Assembly: GCA_016839785.1 (NCBI GenBank) | Contig: JAEOTQ010000131.1 | Coordinates: forward strand, 1-18,899 | Origin: Candidatus Hodarchaeota archaeon | Lineage (GTDB): Archaea; Asgardarchaeota; Heimdallarchaeia; Hodarchaeales; Hodarchaeaceae | Direction: 5' to 3' | DNA length: 18,899 bases | Part shown: positions 1-8,927 of the stretch, one piece after another | Layout of the letters: each line of letters opens with the position of its first letter | Position numbering within the stretch: position 1 is the first letter of the stretch | Position numbers and translations under genes: made by a program | The notes under the pieces: generated by a model | What the model was told of the DNA's origin: nothing | Seen by the model: only the letters and a program-made list of their open reading frames with translations | The model's database searches: none

Positions 1-284
1 GTAATTCTTTCACTTGGTTAATAGCATAATCAAGTGGAATATGACCTTCAAATAAGTCTGAACTTTCTAATGTAATAAATTATATTTTATGACGTCATTT
101 TGACTTAATTTTTTTCCTTAACCAACGTTAAACAACAAATTCAAGTCTATATAATATAAAATTTCTCGAAAGCCAGCTTTAAAAATACAAATCATAGTTT
201 GACGACTTTAATGTTATTATTATGAGATTAAAAAAGTCTTAAACTAATGGATAATCTATATTATTTGCGATTAGAGGGCTTTAA

Positions 285-1244
285 GTGAAAAGTGAAGAGA
301 ATTATGTCCTTGTTGTTGGATCTAGCAATATCGATCTAAATATGTACTCGAAAAGATTCCCCTCACCTGGAGAAACTATTACCGGAGGTGTATTCTCTCA
401 ATCTTTTGGAGGAAAGGGTGCGAATCAAGCAGTTGCTTCCGCCAGATCTGGGAGTAAAACTGCTTTTATTGGAAAGGTGGGGAATGATACGTTCGGATCC
501 CAAATGCTCGAGAATTTAGCGAATGAGGGGATAGATACTACTGGTATAGTGAGAGATACGGATATCGCGAGTGGTGTCGCGATGATATTAATAGATTCCA
601 ATGGTCAAAATATGATTAGTGTGGCCCCTGGAGCCAATAAAAAAATAGTTCTAACTGATTTAGAAGACGCTAGGAACCTTATAGAGAATGCTTCAGTTGT
701 AATAATCCAAATGGAAATAGATTTAGAAATTATTCAGGAAATTATCAACAGAACCTCGGATAATGAAGTAATTTCAATCCTAAATCCTGCACCTTTTAAA
801 GCGATCCCAGTAGAGATATTAAAGAAGTTGTCAATCTTAACCCCTAATGAAAATGAGCTCATTAAGCTTCATACCTCTCTTGGGTTTAAAAACCAGGATG
901 GATTATCATCTGAAAATCTTTCAAAAGTTGTTCATGATCTCCATAGCATCGGAATAAATACTCTCGTTGTTACATTAGGGAGTCAGGGCTGTCTTGTTTC
1001 TGAGGGGAATAATGGGAATCAAATTCATATTCCAGCTATTGAGGTTGATGCTGTAGATGCCGTTGGAGCAGGTGATTGTTTTAATGGAGTACTAGCTAGT
1101 CGGTTATCGAAGAGTGACACTCTACTTACGGCTGCTAAATATGCTAATGTAGCTGCTTCTATTGCGGTTACAAGAACAGGAGCTCAAACTTCTATGCCCT
1201 TCTGGAGTGAAATTAGACAAAAATTTGATAAAATATATGGATAA
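285..1244 (+). CDS. rbsK: Ribokinase (PfkB family carbohydrate kinase)
   Basis: N-terminal VVGSSNIDL, GGKGANQAVASAR (PfkB signature 1), NPAP, TPNENE and DAVGAGDCF (PfkB signature 2, anion hole). GTG start. Confidence 0.92.
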   Translation: MKSEENYVLVVGSSNIDLNMYSKRFPSPGETITGGVFSQSFGGKGANQAVASARSGSKTAFIGKVGNDTFGSQMLENLANEGIDTTGIVRDTDIASGVAMILIDSNGQNMISVAPGANKKIVLTDLEDARNLIENASVVIIQMEIDLEIIQEIINRTSDNEVISILNPAPFKAIPVEILKKLSILTPNENELIKLHTSLGFKNQDGLSSENLSKVVHDLHSIGINTLVVTLGSQGCLVSEGNNGNQIHIPAIEVDAVDAVGAGDCFNGVLASRLSKSDTLLTAAKYANVAASIAVTRTGAQTSMPFWSEIRQKFDKIYG

Positions 1245-1382
1245 TTACTTGAAAGATTGTGGTAATCGGACAAGAGAAGATTTACAGATTCAAATTTTAA
1301 TCTATAAGTGTTGTGAAATTCATATCTCAATATTCTGACAAAATGTTTGATAAATGGATTAATGGATGATTTCCTAATTGAT

Positions 1383-3080
1383 CTATTTCCCCCAGACTGC
1401 AACTAAAGATCTTGCTTCTCGAGCATACTCCATGATCTCCTCTTCGTTATGATACAACTTTTTATTTAACATCCGCTCAAATATTGTTTCTAATTGCGTT
1501 AATTCGATTCTCTCTCTAATGGAAGGTTTTTGATCAATAATTCTCTTCCAATCTTCTAACTGATTTACTAGCAAATCTTGTTCAATAGTAATTGTTTTCA
1601 AGAGTTTTACAAAGTTTTTCTCTTTTGCTATCTTTTCTGCTTCGTTTAACAATTCTTGGGCTGATTCTATATTTAATTCCATCAAAGCAAGTTTATACTG
1701 CAATAGGTAAGTTTCTGTAAGTAACCAATAAGAATTATTTTCTTTGCTAATGGATTGTAGTTTCTCAGAAAGTTTTTTCACTTCTTCCAGGACAGATTCA
1801 TTGTGAGTTGTTTTTAATTCAAACAGTAATAACTCACTCTGGTTTAACATGGCGGAAATCGTTAATTCATACCACACTATTTCTTCCTCTGCTATTTCTT
1901 GAAAAATAGCCAATGCCTTCATTTTATCAGATAATCTTTTACTATTTTTTAGAACTTTGGCTTTGGTTAGACGATACTTCTGTGTGATCATTGGAATGTC
2001 TTCTCGTCTTTTGTATATTTCCTGAAACTCATCTAAATGATCTAAAATTGTTTCAGGGAGAAATATACCAACAAAATTGCTTATTAAAACATAAAGGATT
2101 TCAGCTATTCCCCAATCATGTCCTAAATTCCTATAAATATTTAAGGCTCTTTGAAAACAATCGGAAGCCATTGAAAAGTCTTCTCTTTCAACGTAAACTT
2201 CTCCTATATTACCAAGGTTAATAGCAATTGCTCCTTTATTACCACGAGCTTCATTTATGGCTAGACTTTTTTGGTAATACTCTAATCCCTGATTTATTTC
2301 CCCTTTATAGACCAATACAATTCCTATGTTATTTAATGTATCCTCTTTCAAGGTGAAAGGTAAAGAATCTTTTAAAGCAAGACATTTCTGAAAATATTTG
2401 ATAGAATTATCTAACTCCCCCAGACTAAGATAAACTCCCCCAATTGAGTAGTAAGATAAAGCACGAAGTAACATATGATTGAGATCTTCTCCAATACTCA
2501 TAATTTCAGAGAAAAATTCAAGAGCACGATTCATTTCTCCCTTAGCAACATATACTGAACCGAGTAGGTGGAATGTGAACCCTGAATCAAGTTTCATTCC
2601 TAATTCTTTATACAAGTCCAAACTCTTTTCGCCATATTCAAGTGCTTTATCCAGTTTATCTAGGGTTTTGTTGATTCGACCTCGAAGATGAAATAAAGCT
2701 GCAATTCTTCTTTTTGTCTCACCAGATTGCGTTTTCGGGATATTTGAAATAATTCCTTCAGCTACTTTAATCCACTCATTACACTCCTCCTTTTTATGAG
2801 ATCCTAGCAACGAGAAACACTTTCTAATAATGGAATCAATCATTAGCAATGGTTTATCGAGTTTTTTGCTTTCTTGATATGAATGATGAGCCAAGTCAAT
2901 AGCTTGATCATACTCTCCCATTAGTTCAAAAATTTCACTTTTCAGAAGGGATACTAGAATGATTTCTGTATCAGTTAAGCCTGGTTTATTCTCTGTTCCT
3001 TTGACTTCTTGAAGTGCTTTGTGGTAACGACCCTCATACATAAACAATTTTATTTGTTTAACTTCTTCTTTTATACTCAT
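1383..3080 (-). CDS. Tetratricopeptide-repeat (TPR) protein, all-helical
   Basis: Several ~40-aa helical repeats of the type 'LG.VY..KGE...ALEY..KSL.I' (e.g. LGSVYVAKGEMNRALEFF, IGGVYLSLGELDNSIKYFQKCL, IGIVLVYKGEINQGLEYYQKSL, IGEVYVEREDFSMASDCFQRAL), followed by a helical C-terminal region. Confidence 0.9.
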   Translation of the reverse strand: MSIKEEVKQIKLFMYEGRYHKALQEVKGTENKPGLTDTEIILVSLLKSEIFELMGEYDQAIDLAHHSYQESKKLDKPLLMIDSIIRKCFSLLGSHKKEECNEWIKVAEGIISNIPKTQSGETKRRIAALFHLRGRINKTLDKLDKALEYGEKSLDLYKELGMKLDSGFTFHLLGSVYVAKGEMNRALEFFSEIMSIGEDLNHMLLRALSYYSIGGVYLSLGELDNSIKYFQKCLALKDSLPFTLKEDTLNNIGIVLVYKGEINQGLEYYQKSLAINEARGNKGAIAINLGNIGEVYVEREDFSMASDCFQRALNIYRNLGHDWGIAEILYVLISNFVGIFLPETILDHLDEFQEIYKRREDIPMITQKYRLTKAKVLKNSKRLSDKMKALAIFQEIAEEEIVWYELTISAMLNQSELLLFELKTTHNESVLEEVKKLSEKLQSISKENNSYWLLTETYLLQYKLALMELNIESAQELLNEAEKIAKEKNFVKLLKTITIEQDLLVNQLEDWKRIIDQKPSIRERIELTQLETIFERMLNKKLYHNEEEIMEYAREARSLVAVWGK

Positions 3081-3457
3081 AAAAGTGTTATCTCCTGTAT
3101 TAACGAAAAATGGATAGACAAATACCCACGAACCTAAATTTCAAGTCTTTTCTTAAATTATTTCTTGCGGATAATTTACTTTTTTTTGAATTGCATTACC
3201 GTTATCTCGGAGATAATTTATGGATGGGACTGATCGGTTCATTGCATTTAGATTCTGAATATGGGAATTGTGTTCAAATTTTCCTAAACAAAGAAGTCTG
3301 TTTCATCTGATAAATATCTGCAAGAGGGACCCCGAGATGAAAAATTACATTTCCTTTCTCCGTATTGTCGGTTTGAGCTTCTTTGGTGAACTGTTTAATT
3401 CTGTCAATTATTTCGGAATATTTAAACCCGAAGTTGAGTAACTACTAAAAAGAAAAC

Positions 3458-4237
3458 ATGGAATTGAAAAATATGGTATTAGCAATTACTAAAGATCAAG
3501 TCGAACAAATGGCGATTCCTAAATCAATTGTATTACATTTATTCCCAGGTGTATTCATAGTTATATTTGACATTCTAGCTGCGCCTTTTGTGGAGGAATT
3601 AGGGTTCCCAACTCTGCTTACACTCATTCTTGCAGATTTACTGATCCTAATCCCTGTTGAACTCGCAATTCTTCTTTATATGAGTAAAAAAGAGAATGAC
3701 TCATTCAATATTAAGCAACTTATTCCCTATTTTGAGCCTCTACCTCTAAAGAATTTCATTGGTTTCTTTTTATTGACCTTTGTCTGGGCTTTTCTAGTGA
3801 ATATGCTTATATTTCCAGTAACAGCCTTTCTTTCGGAAAATATTTTTGCTTGGATGCCTGATGTGTTTTTTTCGAACGACCAAGCAACTCTTGAGGCCTT
3901 GGATTTTACTCAATATTCCCAAACAAATCTGCTCATTGTATTGATACTCGCAATTTTAGGAATTGGAATCGGAGTTCCCATTGTTGAGGAACTCTACTTT
4001 CGTGGGTACTTAATGTCTCGGATTTCCCGTTATTCGGCTTGGACTTCAGTTATCACGGTTGCATTGTGGGCACTTTACCATTTTTGGGCACCGTGGTCGT
4101 TCTTTGCATATCTGTTAGCTTTTATCCCAGTGGCATTTGTCGTCTTAAAAACTAAAAATCTGTACATTGCGATTCTTGGCCATATGATTGCTAATTTGTT
4201 CCTTGTAATCTCACTCGTCCCACTAATGTTAGTGTGA
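3458..4237 (+). CDS. CPBP (CAAX protease/Abi/Rce1-like) intramembrane glutamic endopeptidase
   Basis: Many TM segments plus EELYFRG (EExxxR), ALYH (FxxxH-like) and HMIAN (HxxxN) motifs. The start could be a downstream Met. Confidence 0.9.
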   Translation: MELKNMVLAITKDQVEQMAIPKSIVLHLFPGVFIVIFDILAAPFVEELGFPTLLTLILADLLILIPVELAILLYMSKKENDSFNIKQLIPYFEPLPLKNFIGFFLLTFVWAFLVNMLIFPVTAFLSENIFAWMPDVFFSNDQATLEALDFTQYSQTNLLIVLILAILGIGIGVPIVEELYFRGYLMSRISRYSAWTSVITVALWALYHFWAPWSFFAYLLAFIPVAFVVLKTKNLYIAILGHMIANLFLVISLVPLMLV

Positions 4238-4270
4238 AAACTAGTAGTCCACTGTGCAAGTTTCTACCAA

Positions 4271-4292
4271 TTTTCTTTCTCTTTTTTTTCTT
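4271..4292 (+). terminator. Oligo-T tract, putative archaeal-type terminator
   Basis: ttttctttctcttttttttctt about 35 nt after the CPBP stop codon. Confidence 0.45.
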
Positions 4293-4360
4293 AATAATAT
4301 TCCATTGAAAAAGAAAAATTCAAGAATTTTTGTTAATATCCTGAATAGACAGTGTGAAAA

Positions 4361-4612
4361 ATGTCTCAATACTCAGACAAACTATTTGATAAATGGATTA
4401 ATGGACGATTTGAATCTAAGATGGTAGTTTCGGTCACCCAGAAGGATCAGTTTAAGAATTTAGGTTTTTCAGTAATAAATGGACGGCAATATTCTACAAA
4501 GCTTGGACCCGCGATGAGTATCCAATTAGGACCAAATGACTTACAGGAACTTATTGAAGTACTTCAGGAAGTCCAAACACAGTATTTTCCTCCTCAACAG
4601 AAATCTGATTAG
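4361..4612 (+). CDS. Small hypothetical protein, possible PC4/PUR-like beta4-alpha fold
   Basis: 83-aa ORF with ATG start and protein-like composition, directly upstream of the aminotransferase. Fold guess comes from residue pattern only. Confidence 0.7.
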   Translation: MSQYSDKLFDKWINGRFESKMVVSVTQKDQFKNLGFSVINGRQYSTKLGPAMSIQLGPNDLQELIEVLQEVQTQYFPPQQKSD

Positions 4613-4636
4613 TCCTCCCTGAAGTGTTTGTACACG

Positions 4637-5770
4637 ATGAAGATTAATGATTTCCTTTTAGAACGTTTTTTTGCCAAGTATGAGTTTGAGGTCCCATATT
4701 TGCTATGTGCTTCGGATTGTGAGTCCTTTTCTATCGATGAGATTTTGCAATTAGAAGAGGGAGCGGAAAAAAAGTTCAAGAAACTGATGTTAGGATATAC
4801 TGACTCGCAAGGTAGCCCTGAATTAAGAGAGACGATTGCCACACTCTATAATAATGTCTCTAAGCAGGATATTTTGGCATTTGCAGGTGCAGAAGAGGGA
4901 ATTTTTGCTTTTATGAATATCGTGCTAAATCCCGGGGACCATATCATTGTACAGTTTCCCGCTTACCAATCCTTATTCGAAATTGCGGAAGCTGTTGGAT
5001 GTAAAGTAACAAAATGGACGATGGAGCCCGAAAATAATTGGAATTTAGATCTCAATGTTCTCCTTAATAATATTACTGCAAAGACAAAAGCTATTGTTAT
5101 TAATTTTCCTCATAATCCTACTGGATCATTGATATCACAGAAGAAATATGAATCGATTATTGAAATTGCTCAAGATAATAAATTATATCTTCTGTCCGAT
5201 GAAGTATACCGTATGTTAGAATATAATCCATCTAAACGTTTGGAACCTGCATGTGATCTATATGATAAAGCCATATCCTTGGGAGTTATGTCAAAATCGT
5301 TTGGATTAGCGGGACTTCGAATTGGTTGGACAGCAACTAAAGATCAGATTCTTCTTAACAAACTTGCTAGTTTTAAAGATTATACAACCATTTGTAACAG
5401 TATAGTAAGCGAATATTTAGCTACGTTGGCTCTTACTAAATATCAAGCATTAGTTGAAAGAAATCTATCAATTATCTTGTCAAATTTAGAATTATTGGAT
5501 CAATTTTTCAATAAAACTCCATCCCTAGATTGGGTAAGACCCCAAGCTGGACCTATTGCGTTTCCCAAGTTAATAAAGGACTTTTCATCTGAAAAATTTT
5601 GTAGCGATTGTATTGAGAAAGCTGGTGTATTACTTTTACCTAGCAGTACCTTTTTGTATGGAGACAATCATTTTAGACTAGGATTTGGTCGAAAAAATAT
5701 GCCTGAGGCACTTTCTCAGTTAACTGCTTATTTAGAAGATACTAACAGTCTATATTCTATTCAAGCTTAA
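4637..5770 (+). CDS. PLP-dependent aminotransferase, class I/II (fold type I)
   Basis: NFPHNPTG, SDEVY, MSKSFGLAGLRIGW (PLP lysine) and FRLGFG. ATG at 4637 (MKINDFLLERFF) preferred over the track's TTG at 4628. Substrate unknown. Confidence 0.93.
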   Translation: MKINDFLLERFFAKYEFEVPYLLCASDCESFSIDEILQLEEGAEKKFKKLMLGYTDSQGSPELRETIATLYNNVSKQDILAFAGAEEGIFAFMNIVLNPGDHIIVQFPAYQSLFEIAEAVGCKVTKWTMEPENNWNLDLNVLLNNITAKTKAIVINFPHNPTGSLISQKKYESIIEIAQDNKLYLLSDEVYRMLEYNPSKRLEPACDLYDKAISLGVMSKSFGLAGLRIGWTATKDQILLNKLASFKDYTTICNSIVSEYLATLALTKYQALVERNLSIILSNLELLDQFFNKTPSLDWVRPQAGPIAFPKLIKDFSSEKFCSDCIEKAGVLLLPSSTFLYGDNHFRLGFGRKNMPEALSQLTAYLEDTNSLYSIQA

Positions 5771-5847
5771 AGAAAAGCTAAGAAAACAAGTGATTTAAGA
5801 AGATAACTAATATTCGTTCCCCTACCACGGTAGGTAGTTTTAAGGAT

Positions 5848-6567
5848 ATGGCAGTTACCATTACCCTCACTTTGGCTCAAGAGACTGATTTTTTTAATCA
5901 AAAAATTAAAAACAAAGTCTATGAAGAAATAATGACCACAGTTGATATTATAGATGCCACAGGAGGATCTCATAATAAGAAGTCCTATCATTCCCTATTA
6001 TCGCGATATACTAAAAAATCCTCTGGACAGATTCTTTCAGGGGGACGTCATACGCCGTTCATATACTTTTTTCCAGTCTCCTCATTAACTTCTTTCTTGA
6101 TAAAGCCATATCATTGTCCTCTCCCACAGATTGCTAATCATTATGTTTCCGTTGAGGAAGCAAATTCAATTTATCGAAATTACTCCTTTACTTTTGAGAA
6201 AAAGAAGTTAAAAATTCATTTTGCAGACATTTTTGGACTTGGGACATTTTCCATTGAGGAAAAAGTTATCCCATTCATCATCCAGCGTTATAGTACAGGT
6301 ACTAAACTAACCGAGATTCAATCAGCTGAGGGACGACATTTCATCACTTTTCTTCCCAGAATTAACAAACACTTAGCTAAACAAGGGATAATAATTGATC
6401 CCTATAACCAAAACTGGTTTATTCATGGGTTTTCACTTGATCATCGATCTTTGGATTATGAACTACTGGAATATGTTGACTTGGCGTATATGCATTCCCT
6501 TGATACCAACCATAAGGTACAAGCGGTAATTGAATCATTGAAGCCACTCAATTTTAAAAATGGTTAG
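5848..6567 (+). CDS. Hypothetical protein with protein-kinase-like (PKL) motif pattern
   Basis: 239-aa ORF with ordered motifs ILSGGRH, FLIKP, EEAN, IIQRYSTG, GIIIDPYNQNWFI, YVDL. True start may be ATG 5932. The ORF is likely real; the PKL call is tentative. Confidence 0.6.
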   Translation: MAVTITLTLAQETDFFNQKIKNKVYEEIMTTVDIIDATGGSHNKKSYHSLLSRYTKKSSGQILSGGRHTPFIYFFPVSSLTSFLIKPYHCPLPQIANHYVSVEEANSIYRNYSFTFEKKKLKIHFADIFGLGTFSIEEKVIPFIIQRYSTGTKLTEIQSAEGRHFITFLPRINKHLAKQGIIIDPYNQNWFIHGFSLDHRSLDYELLEYVDLAYMHSLDTNHKVQAVIESLKPLNFKNG

Positions 6568-6651
6568 TATTTCCCAGAAATATTTTTCCCTAAATTTCAA
6601 GGGGCATTTATTTATAGAGAGTGAAACTCCTCTGTTTCTTACTTTCTCAGT

Positions 6652-8082
6652 ATGAAACAGAAAGTAATAATGTGTGAGGTTGGCACTCGTATGTCATCTG
6701 ATGGAAATGTCATAAATAATTTCATAAAAAGGGTAAATTTTGTATTACATTCCCAATTTATCTTACTCTACATAATAGGGTTTAAAAGATTGTTTTATCA
6801 CCGTGCAGAGGAGGAATCTAAAGGAAAATTATCATTTTTAAAAATTATGATATTTCTATTATACTTAAGTGCCTTTGTCCTCACATTCCTTCAATTTGCA
6901 GAAGGAAATATTCCGATTACGGTACAAGAAGAGTGGAAGGCTAAAACAAATGTAGAGTTAATGGAGAATTTTCCATTATCTATCTATGGAGAATTTGCAC
7001 TTATAATCGCTGTTATTATAGTATTGAGCATCTTCTATTTTCTTCTTACCCAAGATAAACCACTTTCACAGGCATCAAATTCAATTAAGACCTTTATATT
7101 TGAGAGTGAGAAGAGAAAAAGAGCATTTTTCATTACTATCGTATTTGTTATCATCTATATAATCTATCAAATCGGAGTTTATCTTCTCGTTCCTGAAACG
7201 TTCGAAGAAGCGATCATATCTATTTCATATAAAGCAGGAAAAGGCCTATTAATTTCTTGGGTAGTAATTCAACCATTTTTGGTTTTCACTGGCCTGCTTC
7301 TCACGTTCGATATAATCGCAAAAGACTTCCCCCGGCCATTTAAAGGATATAATCGATATAGTATTGCAACATTCTTCCTAACATTAGTGATAGTAGTGGG
7401 AATTACTGGAATAATCTCCAGTACCTTTGGAATTAATTTTCGTGAAAATGTTGGAGAAAGTCTCCCGTATGTCGCTCTCAGCGATTTTCCAGATGTATTC
7501 TATACCCCTTCCGGAATATCGTTTTTGTTAGTAGGTGTGGGGACTTTTTCTTTTATCATTGCGTCTCTAATTTTTGTAGAAATCTATCTTAAATACAAAA
7601 GGGGAATAAATGAGACACAGGAACGTAGAATGGCCCATTTTATGTTTATATTTCCTTTTTTAATTATATATGTGTTTTTGAACGCATTCCCTTTTGCTGT
7701 CTCATTTTCAATGGGCCTTCAGTCGTTAAATGATATTCTAGATATTTTGGGTTTGCTTTTCGTGATCTTCTTTGCGCTTTTTCGGGTGATGGCCATACGT
7801 GACACCTCAGAAGAAGTACAAATTAATCGAGAGAGTCTACGTAACCCTAAAAATTGGTTAAATTTAATTCCTGCGTATTGCAAAGTGTTAATTATATTTT
7901 ATTTAGCATTTGTTTCATTTTATGCGGGTTTAGAAGCAAATACCATTTTTACTCTATCGGGCGCGACTACTCAATTTGAAGAAATTCAGATGCAAGCGGT
8001 TATTGGTATTTCATTCGTGATAATTTTAATTGTTTTTTGGCGTTATAAACCTGCTGACAATCTAGTTTCTTCAAATGAATGA
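6652..8082 (+). CDS. Multi-pass membrane protein of unknown function
   Basis: 476-aa ORF with roughly 10 or more hydrophobic segments; no family motif recognised. Alternative start ATG 6691 follows GAGGT. Confidence 0.8.
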   Translation: MKQKVIMCEVGTRMSSDGNVINNFIKRVNFVLHSQFILLYIIGFKRLFYHRAEEESKGKLSFLKIMIFLLYLSAFVLTFLQFAEGNIPITVQEEWKAKTNVELMENFPLSIYGEFALIIAVIIVLSIFYFLLTQDKPLSQASNSIKTFIFESEKRKRAFFITIVFVIIYIIYQIGVYLLVPETFEEAIISISYKAGKGLLISWVVIQPFLVFTGLLLTFDIIAKDFPRPFKGYNRYSIATFFLTLVIVVGITGIISSTFGINFRENVGESLPYVALSDFPDVFYTPSGISFLLVGVGTFSFIIASLIFVEIYLKYKRGINETQERRMAHFMFIFPFLIIYVFLNAFPFAVSFSMGLQSLNDILDILGLLFVIFFALFRVMAIRDTSEEVQINRESLRNPKNWLNLIPAYCKVLIIFYLAFVSFYAGLEANTIFTLSGATTQFEEIQMQAVIGISFVIILIVFWRYKPADNLVSSNE

Positions 8083-8242
8083 TAAAGAAGAGAGAATTAT
8101 AGAGACAAATAAGTCGAATACGGTTGTGTATCAACCTGACCACGATTTTCCCAAGAAAAGAACTCATTGTTATTTCGATTGGTACGGTACTTAGATATCA
8201 GAATAGTGAAAAAGAAGGTGAGAGAATTTAATTTCTCAGTCA

Positions 8243-8926
8243 TTATTGAGAATAGGGGCGTGCTGCAACGTCTCCACCATTTTTCTGAGCCATTTTTCTC
8301 CAACCTCGATTATTTGTCCATACCATGAACTTACGCATAATTCGGTTGTAAAATATTTTGAGAGAGAAAATTTCAAGAGCTTCGTCTCCAAATTCAGAAT
8401 TTGTAACGAAAGATTCGACAGCTCGCTCTAAAGATTTCATTACTTTTTCACCAAATCCTCCAGTGTCATTCAATAGTTTTCCATCTTTTCCTTGTAATCC
8501 TTCCCCTGCTCCAAGAGCTAGACTTCCTACCCATTGTAATCCTACTGTAGTAGCAAATTTGTGATAAATTGGAATAGCAACCTCGGTTATATGGAAGGGC
8601 TCGGGCAATCCACAATTAATTATGGGGAAAAACCGTTTATTTACGTATTTACTACTATTTCTTGACACCGCCTCCATTGCTTTGACTACTATAGCTGGAG
8701 AAGTATCATCGTACAAGGGAGCTACTAGGACAATGATATCAAATTGCTCGAGAGTCACTAACATATCATTCATCTTTTCCTCTGTAGTCACGTGATTTCT
8801 AAGGAAAAATGGTTCTTGGCTTTCAATTCCGTTTTTCTCAAATAGCTCTTGTAGAAATAAACAAATAGCGTTCGAGGAACTTTTTCTTCCCCGGGGACTT
8901 CCCATTAATAAAATTGCATTTGTCAT
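8243..8926 (-). CDS. Flavodoxin-fold NAD(P)H-dependent oxidoreductase-like protein
   Basis: N-terminal LLMGSPRGRKSSS (FMN phosphate-binding loop), DIIVLVAPLYDD and IINCGLPE. Confidence 0.85.
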   Translation of the reverse strand: MTNAILLMGSPRGRKSSSNAICLFLQELFEKNGIESQEPFFLRNHVTTEEKMNDMLVTLEQFDIIVLVAPLYDDTSPAIVVKAMEAVSRNSSKYVNKRFFPIINCGLPEPFHITEVAIPIYHKFATTVGLQWVGSLALGAGEGLQGKDGKLLNDTGGFGEKVMKSLERAVESFVTNSEFGDEALEIFSLKIFYNRIMRKFMVWTNNRGWRKMAQKNGGDVAARPYSQ

Positions 8927-8927
8927 G

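Noticed and set aside
1-79. Minus-strand open frame running off the window (FITLESSDLFEGHIPLDYAINQVKEL)
   Set aside because: Protein-like, but bounded upstream by an in-frame TAA with no convincing start codon. It cannot be called without the flanking sequence.
1184-2691. Track ORFs 1184..1402(-), 1991..2221(+), 2479..2691(+)
   Set aside because: They overlap rbsK or the TPR gene and show no motifs; treated as shadow ORFs.
3110-3440. ORF 3110..3310(+) and a startless minus-strand frame (...IIDRIKQFTKEAQTDNTEKGNVIFHLGVPLADIYQ...)
   Set aside because: No recognisable motif or start context. They could be gene remnants, but the sequence alone does not support a call.
4609-5991. ORFs 4609..4842(-) and 5767..5991(-)
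   Set aside because: Antisense to better-supported genes.
8097-8564. ORFs 8097..8303(-), 8246..8431(+), 8358..8564(+) as genes
   Set aside because: They overlap the flavodoxin gene. Only the last codons of 8097..8303 are of interest and are reported as a relic.
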